A DNA stretch of 64,000 nt from Spirochaetia bacterium (lineage in GTDB: Bacteria > Spirochaetota > Spirochaetia > UBA9216). Under the pieces are notes generated by a model that ran no database searches, was not told where the DNA came from, and was given only the letters and a program-made list of their open reading frames with translations. A program made the position numbers and the translations under genes. Positions 25,716-35,461 of this stretch are shown here, in pieces (within the stretch, counting starts at the first letter, position 1; the number at the start of each line of letters is the position of its first letter). The stretch is taken from NCBI GenBank assembly GCA_963677925.2, contig CAXXYH010000004.1, positions 1,376,001 to 1,440,000 of the forward strand. Reading direction: 5' to 3'.

Positions 25716-27410
25716 ATGAAACCTGAAAATAAGAATATGACAGTTGATGTGCTTGTTGTAGGAGGCGGAATAGCCGGTCTGTCTGCAGCGGTGCGTACTA
25801 AAGAGCTTGATGATAAATTAAGCGTACTGATAATGGAAAAAAATACAACAGGATGGAGCGGGAAGGCTAATCGCGGCGGAGGAGTTCTTCAGTATTTTGA
25901 TTTTAACCGCTGTACTCCGGATCAGTTTGTGGAATATCATGCGCACAATGTCGGAGCATATCTTGGTGATCAGAAGCTGCTTCACAAATATGTAAGCATG
26001 AATAATGAGATGATCGAAAAACTTTCGGACTGGGGTGTGAATGTCCCCTATAACGAGGATGGAAGTTTGAAGGTTATGCCTACAGGCCCGCTGACAGGAA
26101 TGATAGGTGTTGATCTTGATATAACTGTCAATGTCAGAAAGACTGCTAAAAAGCTGGGAGTTGAGCTGCTGGATAAAGTTGTTTTATCAGATATTCTTCT
26201 CAACAAAGGAAAGGCCGTCGGAGCTGTCGGATACAGTCTGCTTGACGGAATCTTTTATACTATAAATGCAAAGACCGTAATTCTTGCAACAGGCAGTCAG
26301 AACTATAAAATTATGCCGATGTGGAACAGCCGGGGTGACGGAATAGCAGCAGCTTACAGGGCCGGAGCTGAAATGCGTAATGTTGAGTTTGGAAACTTTG
26401 CACAGCAGTATAAGTCAAAGAGTCACCATGACGCAGTATTTTCAGAAAATGTCATGTACAACGCTCTTGGAGAAAATATAACAAAAAACTTCAGACGCTT
26501 TCCGGAAGCAGATGTTTCTTCTACCGCGGTGCGGGAATGGTATAACCAGATGTCTGCAGGTAAAGGCCCGGTTTCGATTCATATAGATGAATATGAAGTG
26601 ACCGCCCATGGTGATGCACTGTTTACAACTTCCCATGTATGGGATAGACCATACGGCATAAAAGTATGGAAGAAGATATACGGAAAAGCTGCTGCACAAG
26701 ACGGCGATAACAAGGAAGTTGTGATGTGCCTTGTAGGTGAACAGTCTCCGGTTAAAGTCGGACATGATATGCAGACTACTATTCCAGGACTCTATGCCAT
26801 AGGTGATATAAGCTACTGCGGATCTGCTTCTCCGGGGGCTGTACCTGCACCTCCAGGAAGAAACCGTGGTTCAGGAATTCTGAATGCAGTTTTTAACGGA
26901 CTGCTGGTTGCAGAATCAGTTTCTGATTATAACTCCCGTAATGAACTCTGCGCTGTCAATGAGAGCCAGGTTCAGGAATGTATAGACAGGGCAGTAGCTC
27001 CTTTGTTGAGGAATGAAGGTATTGAAGCTGAAGAACTTATGACTGCTGTCAGGGAGGCCATAGGTCCTGTCGAATACAGCGTCTACATGAGTCAGCACAG
27101 GCTTGATATCGGTCTTCGTAAAATTGAAAAGGCAAAGGCTATGATTCCAAAGCTTAAAGCCGAGGATCCTCACGGACTTTGCAACTGTCATGAGGCAGAG
27201 GCAATGGTGCTTTCAGCAGAGATGCAGTTCAGGGCTGCTTCAATGAGAAAAGAGTCACGCGGATGGTTCCTGCGTGAAGATTATCCTCAGATGGATAATA
27301 AGGAATGGCTGAAATATATAATAGTAAAAAATGAAAATGGAGAAATGGTTTTCTCTACGGAAGACGTTCCTATTCAGGATTATCCTGTTAAACCGCCGAT
27401 GTTCGGCTAA
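25716..27410 (+). CDS. AprA/SdhA/NadB-family FAD flavoprotein
   Basis: GGGIAG, VILATG, GDG.A.AYRAGA, PGLYAIGD, R.ESRG.F.REDYP..DN.EWLK. Confidence 0.88.
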   Translation: MKPENKNMTVDVLVVGGGIAGLSAAVRTKELDDKLSVLIMEKNTTGWSGKANRGGGVLQYFDFNRCTPDQFVEYHAHNVGAYLGDQKLLHKYVSMNNEMIEKLSDWGVNVPYNEDGSLKVMPTGPLTGMIGVDLDITVNVRKTAKKLGVELLDKVVLSDILLNKGKAVGAVGYSLLDGIFYTINAKTVILATGSQNYKIMPMWNSRGDGIAAAYRAGAEMRNVEFGNFAQQYKSKSHHDAVFSENVMYNALGENITKNFRRFPEADVSSTAVREWYNQMSAGKGPVSIHIDEYEVTAHGDALFTTSHVWDRPYGIKVWKKIYGKAAAQDGDNKEVVMCLVGEQSPVKVGHDMQTTIPGLYAIGDISYCGSASPGAVPAPPGRNRGSGILNAVFNGLLVAESVSDYNSRNELCAVNESQVQECIDRAVAPLLRNEGIEAEELMTAVREAIGPVEYSVYMSQHRLDIGLRKIEKAKAMIPKLKAEDPHGLCNCHEAEAMVLSAEMQFRAASMRKESRGWFLREDYPQMDNKEWLKYIIVKNENGEMVFSTEDVPIQDYPVKPPMFG

Positions 27411-27591
27411 TAATTAGAGATAAATTCCCCTAAATTTATCTGACTGGTTTGATTTTTTGGGAAAACCGCCAGCTGAATTATTTTATTTAAAAAAGTTTAA
27501 TTAAAAAAATATTTTCTACATCACCCGTTCACATTTCGTTTACAAATTCCAGTCATCCTCTCTCCTGTAAATAACGAGAGAGAGGGTATTT

Positions 27592-28632
27592 ATGAAATTA
27601 AAGAAGATAAAGCCGGCAAGGCTTATCAGATGGGCTGTTCTTGCTGCAAGTACAGTATTCTTCCTGTTTATTTCAGGAGTAGTTTCAGAGCATGCTATTT
27701 GTCCAATCGGCGGTTTTGAAATGTTTTTTACCGGTGTTTTCAATACGGGTTTCACTATTGCAGGCTTGTTTTCAGGCATGGTGATACTGTTTCTAATAAT
27801 GTCGGTTTTCTCCATTATATTCAGACGGGCATATTGCGGTTACGTCTGTCCAATGGGAGCGCTGCAGGAGCTATTTGAAAAGATCGGCAGGCTGGTTCTT
27901 CCTGAGAAGTTAAGGAAGAAACTGAGAATTCCCGAAAAAGCGGATAAGGTCTTACGATGGTTTAAATATCCGGTGCTGGCGGCATTCGTAGTCTTTGCTG
28001 GTTTGTTTGGCGGACACTGGATGATAAAAGCTGATCCGTTTATTGCAATGATGGGAATATTCAAGGGGCAGGGATTTTCGGCTGCCTTTCTTAGAAATCC
28101 GGGTTCTTATATCTTCTTTTTTGCAATTCTGATATTTGCATTCTTTATGGGACGGGGCTTCTGTAAATATATCTGTCCCGCAGGTGCATGGTATGCTATA
28201 TTATCAAAGTTAAGCCCTAACAGGATTGTCCGTAATCAGGATAAATGTTCAGGCTGTACGCTCTGTTCAAGGGCATGTCCTATGAATATTGATGTCGCCA
28301 ATCTTGAAAAAGTCACTACGGTGGAATGCTTAGGCTGCCAGGAATGTGTGAATGCCTGTCCTGTTGACGGCGCGCTTTCGTCAAAGATGGGGAAGGCTGA
28401 TATTCCAAAAGTACTTGCCCCGATAGCTGCCGCGGCAGTGTTCAGCGGGGGACTGGTTCTGGCATCATCGATTTCAAGCCAGGGCGGAGGACATCCTCAT
28501 GGTTCCGGGGGCAGCGGAGACTACCATGGGGAAACGCGGGATGTCAGCGAAGCGGATGTTTCTGCATCCACAGCCGGTACCGGGTATGCCGGATGTTCCA
28601 GCTGTATCGGCTGCGGTATCTGTGCGGGCTGA
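27592..28632 (+). CDS. Membrane 4Fe-4S polyferredoxin (NapH/FixG-like) with C-terminal Cys cluster
   Basis: CPIGG, YCGYVCPMG, FCKYICPAG, two ferredoxin motifs, terminal CSSCIGCGIC. Confidence 0.88.
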   Translation: MKLKKIKPARLIRWAVLAASTVFFLFISGVVSEHAICPIGGFEMFFTGVFNTGFTIAGLFSGMVILFLIMSVFSIIFRRAYCGYVCPMGALQELFEKIGRLVLPEKLRKKLRIPEKADKVLRWFKYPVLAAFVVFAGLFGGHWMIKADPFIAMMGIFKGQGFSAAFLRNPGSYIFFFAILIFAFFMGRGFCKYICPAGAWYAILSKLSPNRIVRNQDKCSGCTLCSRACPMNIDVANLEKVTTVECLGCQECVNACPVDGALSSKMGKADIPKVLAPIAAAAVFSGGLVLASSISSQGGGHPHGSGGSGDYHGETRDVSEADVSASTAGTGYAGCSSCIGCGICAG

Positions 28633-28654
28633 AAAATATTAAGGGGATTCTGAT

Positions 28655-29341
28655 ATGGAAAAGATTCTTGTAGTTGAGGATGAAAAAAAACTGAATGATC
28701 TGATAAAAGATTATCTGCTGTCGCTGGGGTATGAGGCGGTGCAGTGCTTTAACGGAATCGATGCCCTCAAACTGCATGAATCCGAGAAACCTGATTTAAT
28801 GGTACTTGATCTTATGCTTCCGGGCCTGGACGGTCTGGAAGTGGCCAGACGAATCAGGACTTCCGCCGGAACTCCAATTATAATGCTTACTTCCAGAGAC
28901 TCGGAGGCAGATAAGCTTCTGGGGCTTGAGATTGGTGCAGATGATTATATGACAAAACCTTTCAGTGTGAGAGAATTATGTGCAAGAATAAGGGCGGTAC
29001 TCAGAAGAGCTGTAGCCGTATCAGATGCTGCTGAAGCATCATCATTGATTAAACTGAATGAAATTGAGATAGACACCTCAAAGCGTAGAGTTACAAAAAG
29101 CGGAAAGGAAGTCCCCCTGACCTCAGCTCAGTTTGAGCTGCTACACCTCCTGTTTCAGTCTCCGGGAAGAGTTTTCACTCGGGGCGAACTGATTCAGGCT
29201 TTGAGCGGATATAAATATGAAGGATATGAGAGAACCATTGATGTACATATTAAAAATCTGCGGAAACTTATTGAGGATAATCCTTCTGTCCCGGATATCA
29301 TCCTGACTGTCTGGGGTGTAGGATACAAGGTAAAAGAATGA
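28655..29341 (+). CDS. OmpR-family response regulator
   Basis: VEDE, LDLMLP, GADDY.TKPFS, RTIDVHIKNLRK, TVWGVGY. Confidence 0.95.
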   Translation: MEKILVVEDEKKLNDLIKDYLLSLGYEAVQCFNGIDALKLHESEKPDLMVLDLMLPGLDGLEVARRIRTSAGTPIIMLTSRDSEADKLLGLEIGADDYMTKPFSVRELCARIRAVLRRAVAVSDAAEASSLIKLNEIEIDTSKRRVTKSGKEVPLTSAQFELLHLLFQSPGRVFTRGELIQALSGYKYEGYERTIDVHIKNLRKLIEDNPSVPDIILTVWGVGYKVKE

Positions 29342-30756
29342 AAATTAGAAATGAACTGTTTGCAGGGCTTGCTGTAATTCTGATACTCAGCAGCCTTGCG
29401 ACTTATCTTATAGTAAGAATCTCCGTAAATAAAAATTTTGATGATCTAGTTGAAAAGAATGATATAGCGATAGCAAAAAACTATGCGGAATCAATTTCAG
29501 CCTACTGCAGTGAAAACGGTACACTTGATGGTATTGAGCAATATCTTGAAAGGATAAAAAGTGATCCTGATACATATAACGGAACCGCAGACAGAACCTT
29601 TGACCGAAGGCATCCCAAAGATTCTGAGATTCCGATAGTTATAACCGACAAACAGGGCGCTGTAGTTTTCTCAGGACTTGAGCAGCGGGACGGCCCCCCC
29701 GAAGACAAGCTTCCGCAGAAAATGAAAACAGATCAGGGCGAAGAAATTCTGATAGATGACGATACAATCGGATATGTATTTTTCAAATCGATGATCACAC
29801 AGGATTATAATCCTCAGGAGCTGACCTTTATTAAGGCTGTAACTGCATCCACTGGTATATCAGTGCTGCTGGGTATCATTCTTGCTGTTGTTTCGGGAAC
29901 GCTTCTGGCTGCCAGATTTGCTAAGCCCATTACTGAACTTGATTCTGCAGTTAAGAAAATAACATCAGGAGATCTTTCAGCCAGGGTTGATGTCGCAGGC
30001 AGAAACGAAATAGGCAGTCTGGCTGAGAATTATAATCACATGGCGGACAGGCTCCAGAAAACCGAGAACTCAAGGCAGACGCTGCTCTCTGATATTGCTC
30101 ATGAACTGCGGACTCCCGTGAGTGTTATACAGGCAAATCTTGAGATGATAATTGACGGAGTATATACAGCAGATGAAGAGCGGATGAAAAGCCTTTATGA
30201 AGAAACCAGAATTCTGACAGGACTCATCTCGGACCTCCGGTCATTAAGTGATCTGGAGTCAGGTGCTGCCGGAATGAATATGGACCGGATATCTTTATCA
30301 GGACTTCTTGATGGAACATGTGGTAAGCTTCGTCCCCTGTTTGAAGACAAGGGGATTCATCTTAATCTGGACAGCTCGTCCGGAGACGTTTTTGTTACGG
30401 CAGAAGAGGAGAAGCTGAGACAGGTTCTCAGAAACATAATTGGCAATGCTCACAAGTATGCCCCGTCTGATACCACAGTATCTGTTTCCCTTTCAGAGAG
30501 CAGGACTGAGCGCGCCGGTCAGTCATATGTCAGGGTTACCGTAACAGACGAAGGGGAGGGCGTTCCCGAAGGAGATACTGAAAAAATCTTCGAGCGTTTT
30601 TACAGAGTTGATTTTTCCAGAAACAGAGAGTCCGGCGGAAGGGGTCTGGGCCTTGCTATCAGTAAAAGAATTATCGAGGCATTCGGAGGCTGTGTCGGTG
30701 CCTTCAACAACAGTCCTAAGGGTCTTTCGGTCTGGTTTGAACTGCCTGTTCAATAG
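29338..30756 (+). CDS. HAMP-domain sensor histidine kinase (BaeS-like)
   Basis: Two TM helices, HAMP, DIAHELRTP, NAHKY, FERFYRVD.SR, GLGLAI; ATGA overlap with the regulator. Confidence 0.95.
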   Translation: MKIRNELFAGLAVILILSSLATYLIVRISVNKNFDDLVEKNDIAIAKNYAESISAYCSENGTLDGIEQYLERIKSDPDTYNGTADRTFDRRHPKDSEIPIVITDKQGAVVFSGLEQRDGPPEDKLPQKMKTDQGEEILIDDDTIGYVFFKSMITQDYNPQELTFIKAVTASTGISVLLGIILAVVSGTLLAARFAKPITELDSAVKKITSGDLSARVDVAGRNEIGSLAENYNHMADRLQKTENSRQTLLSDIAHELRTPVSVIQANLEMIIDGVYTADEERMKSLYEETRILTGLISDLRSLSDLESGAAGMNMDRISLSGLLDGTCGKLRPLFEDKGIHLNLDSSSGDVFVTAEEEKLRQVLRNIIGNAHKYAPSDTTVSVSLSESRTERAGQSYVRVTVTDEGEGVPEGDTEKIFERFYRVDFSRNRESGGRGLGLAISKRIIEAFGGCVGAFNNSPKGLSVWFELPVQ

Positions 30757-30846
30757 ATTCAAGCTATCAATTCAATGATTTTTTAGAATTGGACACTATA
30801 TTTCTCCACCATTATAATTTCTTCAATATTTATATTGGAGTAATAA

Positions 30847-32535
30847 ATGAGCACATTTGAAGTACTCAGCCCCTGGGCGGAAGTAGACTGGTCTGAAATT
30901 AGAGGGCTGAGTCCAAGGCTTGAAGATCTTGAAGGAAAAACAATCGGAATGTTCGGTGATTTTATGATTAATTCCGAATATATGCTCAAAGAGGTTGAGA
31001 AAGAATTAAGCCGCAGATATAAAAATATAAAATTTTCCCATATAAGATACCTGGTAGAACTTCCTGAACTCAGTCAGAATAAAGAGTTTCTTCCTGAGTT
31101 TCATACATGGCTTGAAGGGGTGGACGCAGTAATAAGTTTTTACGGCAGCGTTCCGTCAAGCGCCCTGTTCCAGGGTTATAATACAGCATATATTGAAAAA
31201 CTGGGAAAACCCTGTGTAATGCTTACGACAGAGCGGACCTTTGGAAATGGTGTCCGCGGAGTTACTACAAAGAAAGTTCCTGATATGAGGATATACAAAT
31301 ATGATATTCAGGTAGACCGTGTCCGCGGTCATGTTACTCAGGAGCTGGTTTCAGAGGCATTGAAAGACGACTTGTCCATGATTACAGACTGGATGGTTGA
31401 AGGCCTTATCAAGCCGCTCAATAAACAGGAAGCAGATCCTGCAGTACCTGATCAGAGTCTTGCAACCGGAACTTATACGGGAACTTCCGAAGAAATTAAT
31501 AGAATATTTTATAAAAACGGATGGAGCAACGGTTCTCCGATACTGATGCCCACAAGAGAAGCCGTTGATGAAATGCTTAGGGGAACTGATCTTCCAGCCG
31601 ACTATGTAGTTGCAGAAATCCCACCGATGATGGGCAAGGCAACTGTTGAAAAGATTGTAGTAAATGCAGTTATGGCCGGCTGTCTTCCTACATATCTACC
31701 GGTTCTAATATCTGCTGTTAAGGGTTCGCTTGATGAAAAGATATTTTTTGAAGGCTGGACATGCAGCCAGTCAACCTGGGGGCCCATGCTTACTCTCAGC
31801 GGTCCAATTGTCCGTGATATTAACCTTAACGTGGACGGTAATTTCCTGTCTCCCTATTACAAAGCCAATACTGCAATAGCCCGTGCTTACGGAAATATCC
31901 TCATGAACATCGGAGGGGTTAGACCAGGCATAGAGGATCTTTCGGAAATGGGGCATGAGTTCAGGATCGGATACTGCATGGGTGACAACAGCGAGATGAA
32001 TCCATGGCAGCCTCTTCATATGGATTTCGGATTTGCTGAAGCCGACTCTGCTGTTACAATGTCATGGCCGCAGGAGCACAGGGTTTTTCAGAAGGGCAGT
32101 CCCTCTGCATTTCTTAAGGAGATTTGCAAGATTAATCCTCTTGGATGGGATCCGGGCCTCATCCTGATTTTTTCTCCAATAGCTGCAAAGATGTTCGCCG
32201 ATGCGGGATGGACTAAAAAAAAGGTTCTGGATTATATAGTTGAATACGCAAGGGTTCCCGGAGAGGATGTTGATATTCAGTGGCTTGTTGGAAACATGCA
32301 TGAGCCTGAGAATGTTCCGCTGCCCGAGGATATGAAGGCTTCTACAAGAATATTCTGGAGCAGCAGACATATGTTTGCTGTAGTCGGCGGCGGAATGGCA
32401 GGTCCAATGATGGCAGTTCTTGCAGGCGGCGGAGATCATGGCGGCCCCTCCTGTACAAAGATTGATCTTCCTAAAAACTGGGATGCACTGGTTAAGGAAT
32501 ACAGTGATTATTCCAGAGGTCATATTGATTATTAA
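30847..32535 (+). CDS. UGSC-family-like fusion protein (N-terminal UGSC-like domain + TVEKxxxNAVMAGC domain)
   Basis: PRLEDLEGKTIG; GWSNG.PI..PT...VDEML; ATVEKIVVNAVMAGCLP; AN..I.RA...IL.NIGG. Confidence 0.72.
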   Translation: MSTFEVLSPWAEVDWSEIRGLSPRLEDLEGKTIGMFGDFMINSEYMLKEVEKELSRRYKNIKFSHIRYLVELPELSQNKEFLPEFHTWLEGVDAVISFYGSVPSSALFQGYNTAYIEKLGKPCVMLTTERTFGNGVRGVTTKKVPDMRIYKYDIQVDRVRGHVTQELVSEALKDDLSMITDWMVEGLIKPLNKQEADPAVPDQSLATGTYTGTSEEINRIFYKNGWSNGSPILMPTREAVDEMLRGTDLPADYVVAEIPPMMGKATVEKIVVNAVMAGCLPTYLPVLISAVKGSLDEKIFFEGWTCSQSTWGPMLTLSGPIVRDINLNVDGNFLSPYYKANTAIARAYGNILMNIGGVRPGIEDLSEMGHEFRIGYCMGDNSEMNPWQPLHMDFGFAEADSAVTMSWPQEHRVFQKGSPSAFLKEICKINPLGWDPGLILIFSPIAAKMFADAGWTKKKVLDYIVEYARVPGEDVDIQWLVGNMHEPENVPLPEDMKASTRIFWSSRHMFAVVGGGMAGPMMAVLAGGGDHGGPSCTKIDLPKNWDALVKEYSDYSRGHIDY

Positions 32536-32556
32536 ATAGCTGATATTTATTGTTGG

Positions 32557-32599
32557 AAAGCCTCAGACAAAACACAGCCGATTTATCTGAGGCTTTTTT
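32557..32599 (+). terminator. Intrinsic terminator
   Basis: aaagcctcaga...tctgaggc followed by T6. Confidence 0.75.
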
Positions 32600-32604
32600 A
32601 TAAC

Positions 32605-33531
32605 TTAAGACGTGTAACTGCTGAATGATTCAAGAAGGTTGTCCAGATACAGCTTTGCAGCGGCTGAGAGGCGTTTATCTATTAGATGCGCTATCCCTAT
32701 CTCCTTGATGCTGTAATCATTTTCTATCGGTATAAACAAAAGCTTTCTTTCCCAGTCTTCGGATCTGGGGGATGCAAGGACTCTTTCCTTTCTTGTTCTT
32801 GATACAAACGAAACTCCGTATCCTCTGACAACAGCCTGCCCCGTCATTTTAACCGAGTTCCCTTCAAACGCTATTTTCGGAGAGAAGCCGGCCTGCCTGC
32901 AGAGGTGGTGAAGAGAATCTTCCTTTCCGGGGGCAATTTTATCAATTATGAAATTTTCATTGCTGAGCTCCTCCAGCCTTACAGATTCCCGTTTACTGAA
33001 CCTGGAACCCTCAGCTGTCAGCAGAAAAAGTTCTTCGGAATACAGATGATTCCATTTGATCTGCGGCAGATTAAGCTCATCTTTTGTGCATAATGAAAAA
33101 TCAATAAACCTTGTTTCCAGCAGGTTGAGGATCTGCTCAGTGCTCTGCTGATAAAAATGAAAATGAATCTGAGGGTGATCCATATAGAATTTCCATGAAT
33201 TTTCAAGAATCGGATTTGGTTCGGTAAGCTCAAAAGATGAAGCGACCCTTACATCTCCATGAGCGCCGATATTCATATCCTTGATTTCCATCTCTGCTTC
33301 AGCAAGCTGATCAAAAACCTTTTTAACATGCTTATAGAGGCATTTGCCGAATTCATTAAGATATACAGATTTCTTGTCACGTTCAAATAGATTGGTTCCA
33401 AGCTCGTCTTCAAGATTGGCAATTGCCTTGCTGAGTGACGGCTGGGAAATATGAAGCTGTTCGGCCGCATTGGTGAAATGCTGGAGTTCCGCTACTGCTT
33501 TAAAATATTTTAACTGTGTTAATTCCATCAT
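32605..33531 (-). CDS. LysR-family transcriptional regulator
   Basis: QHFTNAAEQLHISQPSLSKAIANLEDELGTNLFER; AGFSPKIAFE. Confidence 0.93.
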   Translation of the reverse strand: MMELTQLKYFKAVAELQHFTNAAEQLHISQPSLSKAIANLEDELGTNLFERDKKSVYLNEFGKCLYKHVKKVFDQLAEAEMEIKDMNIGAHGDVRVASSFELTEPNPILENSWKFYMDHPQIHFHFYQQSTEQILNLLETRFIDFSLCTKDELNLPQIKWNHLYSEELFLLTAEGSRFSKRESVRLEELSNENFIIDKIAPGKEDSLHHLCRQAGFSPKIAFEGNSVKMTGQAVVRGYGVSFVSRTRKERVLASPRSEDWERKLLFIPIENDYSIKEIGIAHLIDKRLSAAAKLYLDNLLESFSSYTS

Positions 33532-33603
33532 CTCCTCCGGCTATTATTATAGCATTAAATAATAGTTTAAGGCTATGATGAGATCTTTTATGTAATGGAA
33601 AAC

Positions 33604-33642
33604 AAAAAACCTCTGCCACAACCTTATAGTGCGGCAGAGGTT
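33604..33642 (-). terminator. Terminator of the aor operon
   Basis: Minus strand aacctctgccgc...tggcagagg followed by a T-tract. Confidence 0.75.
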
Positions 33643-33661
33643 ATAAGGTTAAAATCTTCTA

Positions 33662-35461
33662 TTATAGAGCTGCTTTATAAGCTTCAATAAATTCCTTTTC
33701 AATACCGAGTTCTTCAAGCTTTGAAACTGTCGGGCGGCCTCTTTCATCCCATCCCCGGTATTCATAGTACTCGTCCATAGCCTTGTTGAATGCTTCGGAT
33801 GTGTAGGCGATATCCTTGGGAGGTCCGGCCTTTAGCAGTTCCTTGTGGAACCTTTCGGGAAGCCTGTCTTCGGTCCGGTCGAAACCGGCCATTATATTGA
33901 ACATCCTCTGCAGGTTGAATACACGCTCACCGGTCTTGTACACCTTGTCGGCAGGCCATTCGCCGCCGTAACTCAGTTCAAAGAGTCTCCCAAGTGTATC
34001 ATCTTCGATGGGCCAGAAGTCGCAGACTCCCATGGAGAATTTACAGAACTGTGAGTTCTGCATGTCGGCTACAAGCTTTCCCTTTCCTTCAAATGTAAAA
34101 GGATCAAGCTCGCCCCAGGCTTCAAGAGCGATTGGGTAGGCTGACATATGACATCCGCCGCGTGGGGCTGTTACATATGCAATTCCCATGGCCCATGAGC
34201 CGCGCGGATCGTAACCGGGAAGCTCCATTCCCTTAACCTGCATTGCGAACTCTTCTCCGCCGTATTTTTTAGCAAGAGCCTTTGAGCCGGAAGCCGCCTC
34301 ATCGCCAAGGCCTTTTCGGTGCGCTATTGTGCCAAGCATTTCAATGGCCTTGTTTGCTTCTCCGAAACGGATTCCGAAATCATGGATACCTTTTTCAGTG
34401 GCTTCCATCATATAGGCGATGGTTCCCCCGGCGGATATGGTATCAAGGCCCAGATCGTCACATACAGAGTTAAACTCAATTACCTTTTCCCTGTTTCCAA
34501 TCCCGAGTGAAGAACCGCCGATTGCGATACTTTCATATTCCGGACCTTCAACCGATGCCCGGCCGTCAACTACATAGTTTCCGCAGGCAATACCGCATGA
34601 AAAACATGCTTTCTTATTTTTACGGACATCCTTGAATGACTGTCCGTTGATTTTATCTGAATCTTCGAATCTTCCTTCCTGGAAGTTTCTGGTCGGCAGA
34701 AGTCCCGATTCCTGGCTGTAGTCTACAAGACAGGTTGTTCCAAGGTCATATATTTCATTATCAGCAGAAATAACTTCATCTCTGACAATTACTTCCTTTG
34801 TATAATCAAGAAGACCTTTCATGTCGGCAGCACCGACACCTTTTTTACCGCGGATAACTATGGCTTTGAGATTTTTACTTCCCATGACAGCAGCCATTCC
34901 TCCGCGCCCGAGCTGACGGTATTTTTCAGATGAAACACAGGAATAGAGTACCAGATTCTCACCGGCTGGACCGATTGCAAGAATCTTTAATTCATCATCT
35001 CCGATTTCTTCCTTGATGAGTTTGTCAGTTTCAAAACAGCCAAGCCCCTTGAGCGCCGCTGCATCCCTGAGTTCTGCCTTTTTATCGGTTATATAAAGAT
35101 AGGAAAGCCTGTCTGCCTTGCCTGTAATACTTACTGCGTCGAAACCGGCATATTTAAGCTCAGCACCTGTATGGCCGCCGACAGAGCCGTCGGATATAGT
35201 TCCTGTAAGGGGTGATTTCGTTGCCATTGCCAGCTTTGAAGAGCACGAGACAATGGTTCCGCCCATTACGGAGCTGGCAAGTACGACCTTGTTTTCTTCT
35301 GAAAAAGCATCTGTTTTAGGATCAAAACCTTCCATCAGTATTCTTGATGCAAGACCTTTCTGTCCGGTGTACAGTTCCACCCATTCTTTCGGTGTGTCCG
35401 CTGCTTCAATCTTGCCTGCAGATAAGTCCACATTCAGCATTTTTCCCATTAGACTGTTCAT
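33662..35461 (-). CDS. aor: Aldehyde:ferredoxin oxidoreductase (tungsten AOR family)
   Basis: KSPLTG, LKYAGFD, IGPAGEN, GRGG..AVMGSKNLKA, CFSCGIAC, EGPEYE, DDLGLD, YDPRG, RGGCH. Start at MNSL by ATGA overlap with the ferredoxin. Confidence 0.93.
   Translation of the reverse strand: MNSLMGKMLNVDLSAGKIEAADTPKEWVELYTGQKGLASRILMEGFDPKTDAFSEENKVVLASSVMGGTIVSCSSKLAMATKSPLTGTISDGSVGGHTGAELKYAGFDAVSITGKADRLSYLYITDKKAELRDAAALKGLGCFETDKLIKEEIGDDELKILAIGPAGENLVLYSCVSSEKYRQLGRGGMAAVMGSKNLKAIVIRGKKGVGAADMKGLLDYTKEVIVRDEVISADNEIYDLGTTCLVDYSQESGLLPTRNFQEGRFEDSDKINGQSFKDVRKNKKACFSCGIACGNYVVDGRASVEGPEYESIAIGGSSLGIGNREKVIEFNSVCDDLGLDTISAGGTIAYMMEATEKGIHDFGIRFGEANKAIEMLGTIAHRKGLGDEAASGSKALAKKYGGEEFAMQVKGMELPGYDPRGSWAMGIAYVTAPRGGCHMSAYPIALEAWGELDPFTFEGKGKLVADMQNSQFCKFSMGVCDFWPIEDDTLGRLFELSYGGEWPADKVYKTGERVFNLQRMFNIMAGFDRTEDRLPERFHKELLKAGPPKDIAYTSEAFNKAMDEYYEYRGWDERGRPTVSKLEELGIEKEFIEAYKAAL

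Noticed and set aside
25444-27410. Dissimilatory APS reductase aprBA or succinate dehydrogenase
   Set aside because: No sat, qmo or membrane-anchor genes; the ferredoxin lacks the AprB tail; context is phenolic catabolism.
30847-32535. Selenoprotein with UGA read-through
   Set aside because: The ORF is uninterrupted and no TGA or Cys is present at the motif position.
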